DNA of 64,000 nt from Macrostomum lignano (Eukaryota). The stretch is from contig NIVC01003077.1 of NCBI GenBank assembly GCA_002269645.1, forward strand, positions 29,949 to 93,948. The letters run 5' to 3'. Each line of letters begins with the position of its first letter. The stretch's first letter is position 1. This document shows positions 60,726-64,000 of the stretch, in pieces. The translations under genes were made by a program, and so were the position numbers. Below the pieces are notes generated by a model. That model saw only the letters and a program-made list of their open reading frames with translations. It was not told the DNA's origin and made no database searches.

Positions 60726-61229
60726 ATTGTTCTTAGTGGGTTGCTAACCGCCTAACGATAGGCTACAGACCTAGACTCCACTCTCCTACTGAATAAGTAC
60801 ACGTGAGTAGAAAATGTAAAGCAAAGCGGATCTGAATATTTAGTGAAAACAAAAAAGAATCAATTAATGAGGGAAATAAAACAAATTAATCATTTATCGC
60901 GAAGGAGTAAGGCACATATAAACAGATCCATAAGCTATCTCCACTTGGTATAGAAAGGTGAGAAAATGTGTAAGGCAAATATAGTCTACTTTCCGGTCTT
61001 GTCTAAAAGTTTGCGCTTTAGTTTGCAAACTCGGTAGTTCACGTTTTCACAATCAAATATTGTCGTTACTCACGAACGGAGGTGTCACCAATTTAATTTT
61101 AATTTAATGAGAGGTTCTGGAAGATCACCTGCACTCCGGATGCATCAGAATCAGAAACCTCGGATTGCTCAACAGCCGCTAGAGATTGCTCAAATTTCTG
61201 TTTTTGATTTCCTGGCCTGGGGCAGTATT

Positions 61230-62545
61230 TTACAACGCTTTGTAAAACTTCTTCTCCAGTTCTTCATCGCTCCAGAGTTTCAGTCCAGCTTGGAGCTTGA
61301 AGTTTTGCAGTTCAAACAATTTCATTGGGCAAGACAGGCAGTACATCTTTTGCTTTTGTTCTGTCATGCTTCTCATGATGAATTCGGCTCTCTGGGCCTG
61401 GCTTTTAATTATCTGGGCGCCAGACTGCCGGAACTTATTGGAAATCACAACCAGAACGTCACCGGCATCGGCGACTGCGGTGGCCCATTCCTGTAGGTAA
61501 GCGTACTTTTTTCCAGCGTCAAAAGGCCAGTTTTTAACTCAATTTTTTTCGCACGATTAGCAGGCTCAGCCGTGTGATCTAGAACAGCTTCCCTCACAAC
61601 ATCATCAAGGGAAGACTTGAATGATTCGAGCTCCCGAAGTTCCGCTTCCAGCTTCTTCACCACGTGAGTCCACGCTGTCGGTCTCAGCTTGTAAGTAATT
61701 TCCTCCAGAGTAGTCAGAGCTTCTTTCAGCACATCGTAGCAGCGAACAGTTTTAGAGATGCACGTGCGCGGTAGTGGCAGGGGAGCTGGTGGAGCGTCTT
61801 CAACCAGCAGTGACAGAGGAAGCAGAGTGACCGTCAGTGGCGATCTAGCTTCAGCCGCTTGGATTGTTTGAATGCACTTCATGGCTTCAATGAAGTCGGT
61901 CGGTGGGCTGGCCAGGTGGAAGTCTCCTTTGTAGGCAACCCGGATCTTCTGCAGGACTTTTGTTTCCTCCGACGTCATGTCAAGCGAGGCAGCTCCAGAG
62001 ATGCTGACCACCGATGCAAACTTGCCAATATCAGCTTGCAGACGGCCTCCGGTTTTATCGCTCGTTGCGGAGTCTTCTCTGTCCCGCTCAAAGAAGAACA
62101 GTGCGGCTCCGCCGTACTGAATTCCCATTACTACGTGAGTCGCATCTTTGTAGCTCGCTGAGCTCTTCAGCTTCCAATCTGGTGGGAGAACAAGTTCCCA
62201 ATACTTTCCTTGAAATTGCAATCGATATATGGCACTCTCCGTCTCTTTCTTCTCTTTTAATGCAGTCTGATAGTTCCCGGAGCCTTTAGCCGAAACTAGT
62301 CCCGATAAAATTGACAGCGACAGATTTCCAGTCACTTTTGTGCTCAGGTTTTTGCTGTTCGCTGACGTTTCTGTGACGATATCGGTCTCCATGCTAATTT
62401 TCTTAGTTTCGGTCAGCATAGCCTGCATCTGCTCAGTGGTGAATAACTTGACTCCGGGGATGATTTGGCTGTCCTGCTGTTGTACAGCACACCAAGGGTG
62501 AATGGATGACCAACGGCAGGAATGGTGAGAGAGCGCGATGTTCAT
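61230..62545 (-). CDS. Second stonustoxin-like MACPF/CDC gene, with apparent frameshifts near 62541, 62464-62466 and 61507-61512
   Basis: IIPG, SLSILSGLVSAKGSGNY, ATHVVMGIQYGGAALFFF, YKGDFHLASPPTDFIEAMK, LTVTLLPL. The N-terminal IPAVGHPFTLGVLYNSR lies in an alternative frame. Confidence 0.8.
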
Positions 62546-64000
62546 CTTTGTCTTCTTCTTAGCTTCCTTTAAAAATTCATAAAGTTTAAAAGGAATTATT
62601 AAAAAGTGTAGCAAATGCCTCTATACTAAAACTGCACTATTCTATGCATTACGCCAACAAAAGGACTATAAATACCATCTCACAAGGATATTTAAATACG
62701 AGGTAATTGTAAGGGGACAAACACGAACCCATGGAGCCTAGAATCAATTCATTTCATTCCAATACAAGCTTCGAGATAGGACCAGGGATTCTTAGTTCTG
62801 ATTTGATTAATACTTATGATTTAATCTCAAAATATCTCAAAATGAAGAGAACATAAATCAAAACTTCAATTACGATCTATACTATATAGGATGAAATATT
62901 GATATTAAAATTTATACGTTGCGCAACATGGAGAACAAGCTAAGCTAATTTACAACTACATTGTAAATTTACAGGTTACAAAAGGTTGCAATTTCTGGCT
63001 TACCGATTCTTTCCTGAAAAATAGCGCGCAAAACAAGCGCACAGCAAAGCAATTGCTTATAAAGTACGGGGCTTGTCCCATCACGGTGAGCGCGGAGCCC
63101 TAGCTGAAGCTTCTACGAGCCTACTTATGCTTCCACGAGTGCTTTTCAGTCTCTGCCGCAGAGCGTATTACACATGTAATTGCAGCGTAAACGACGCGCA
63201 TAAGTTTCACGCTGGAGATTACATGCATATTTGCGCACGTAGTTTCGTATCAGATTGACGCTCTGGATGCACATACGCGGTAAGAGTATTACGCACGCGT
63301 CTGAAGACATTACACGACGTGCGTTTATTACGTTTTAAAACTAGTTTTACGAGCGTGTATTGGAACCCTACTTTTTTAGGGCATCACAATATTTTAACTG
63401 ATGTGAAGTTCCTTTTTCACAGTACTGAAGTTTCCTTTCTCTTACACGGGCAATTTACGCGCGAGATCAATTTCTACCTGCAGCAGCTATTTATTAAGCA
63501 AATTACGCAGTTGTAGTTTATGTTTATCACCCTGCGAGAAATTGCGTTTACATTGTTGCCATGGAACCCGATTAAACGACATGCATAAAGATTTTGTGAC
63601 GATTAAACCTAAGCGCAAGCCCTTAGAGCTTAGTATTCGGTTTTGGATACTGAACTAATGCTGCTGCGGGCCTTTTTTAGAAAACCATTCAACATGATTT
63701 GAGTATACCAGAAGACTAGAAGTTCACTAACAATGGTCTTACGAAGCACCGTCCACATCGTCCCACAGCACCAGCGCTGGAGCAATTCTGCTATTTTGCT
63801 GACTCCCGAAGCGTGTCAATACTATAAGCAGGCACAGCACCCAAACACGCTCACACAGGGTGTACAGCCGCCCTGACTTTCTAATCTTGACAGGCATGTA
63901 CACTTTCTGTGCCCTGGGGTGTACGAGCGTAGGTGGGAATCGCACGAATTTTTGTACGCAAAACCCAACTGAATGTGGCCACTCACAGAAGCAATTGATT

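Noticed and set aside
63000-64000. Small ORFs, and a 14-bp match (GTACGAGCGTAGGT, 63921 versus 56231)
   Set aside because: No recognisable domain or splice structure; the match is too short to interpret

Overview
Eukaryotic (metazoan, invertebrate-like) genomic DNA with short GT-AG introns. Bases 1-54372 (+) hold most of one giant titin/twitchin-family gene. Its 5' end lies outside the window. I can chain about 25 exons with matching splice phases (about 38.8 kb coding, about 12,900 aa): Ig domains, a very acidic elastic (PEVK-like) region with 46-aa repeats, Ig/FN3 super-repeats, long FN3-only runs, an intact-looking MLCK-type kinase and terminal Igs. A 5'-truncated LOA/R1-group non-LTR retrotransposon (APE endonuclease, RT, RNase H, CCHC; 9982-13811) sits inside a coding exon, in frame with the host. 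It is flanked by a duplication that may be 151 bp rather than 13 bp. Introns contain two candidate alternative terminal exons (one encodes a hydrophobic, membrane-anchor-like tail), two minisatellite arrays and a SINE nested in a foldback element. Downstream on the minus strand are two tandem intronless stonustoxin/neoverrucotoxin-like (MACPF/CDC) genes, a CORE-SINE-like fragment and a small TIR element. Several 1-bp homopolymer frameshifts look like long-read assembly errors. All calls are from visual motif recognition; no searches were run.
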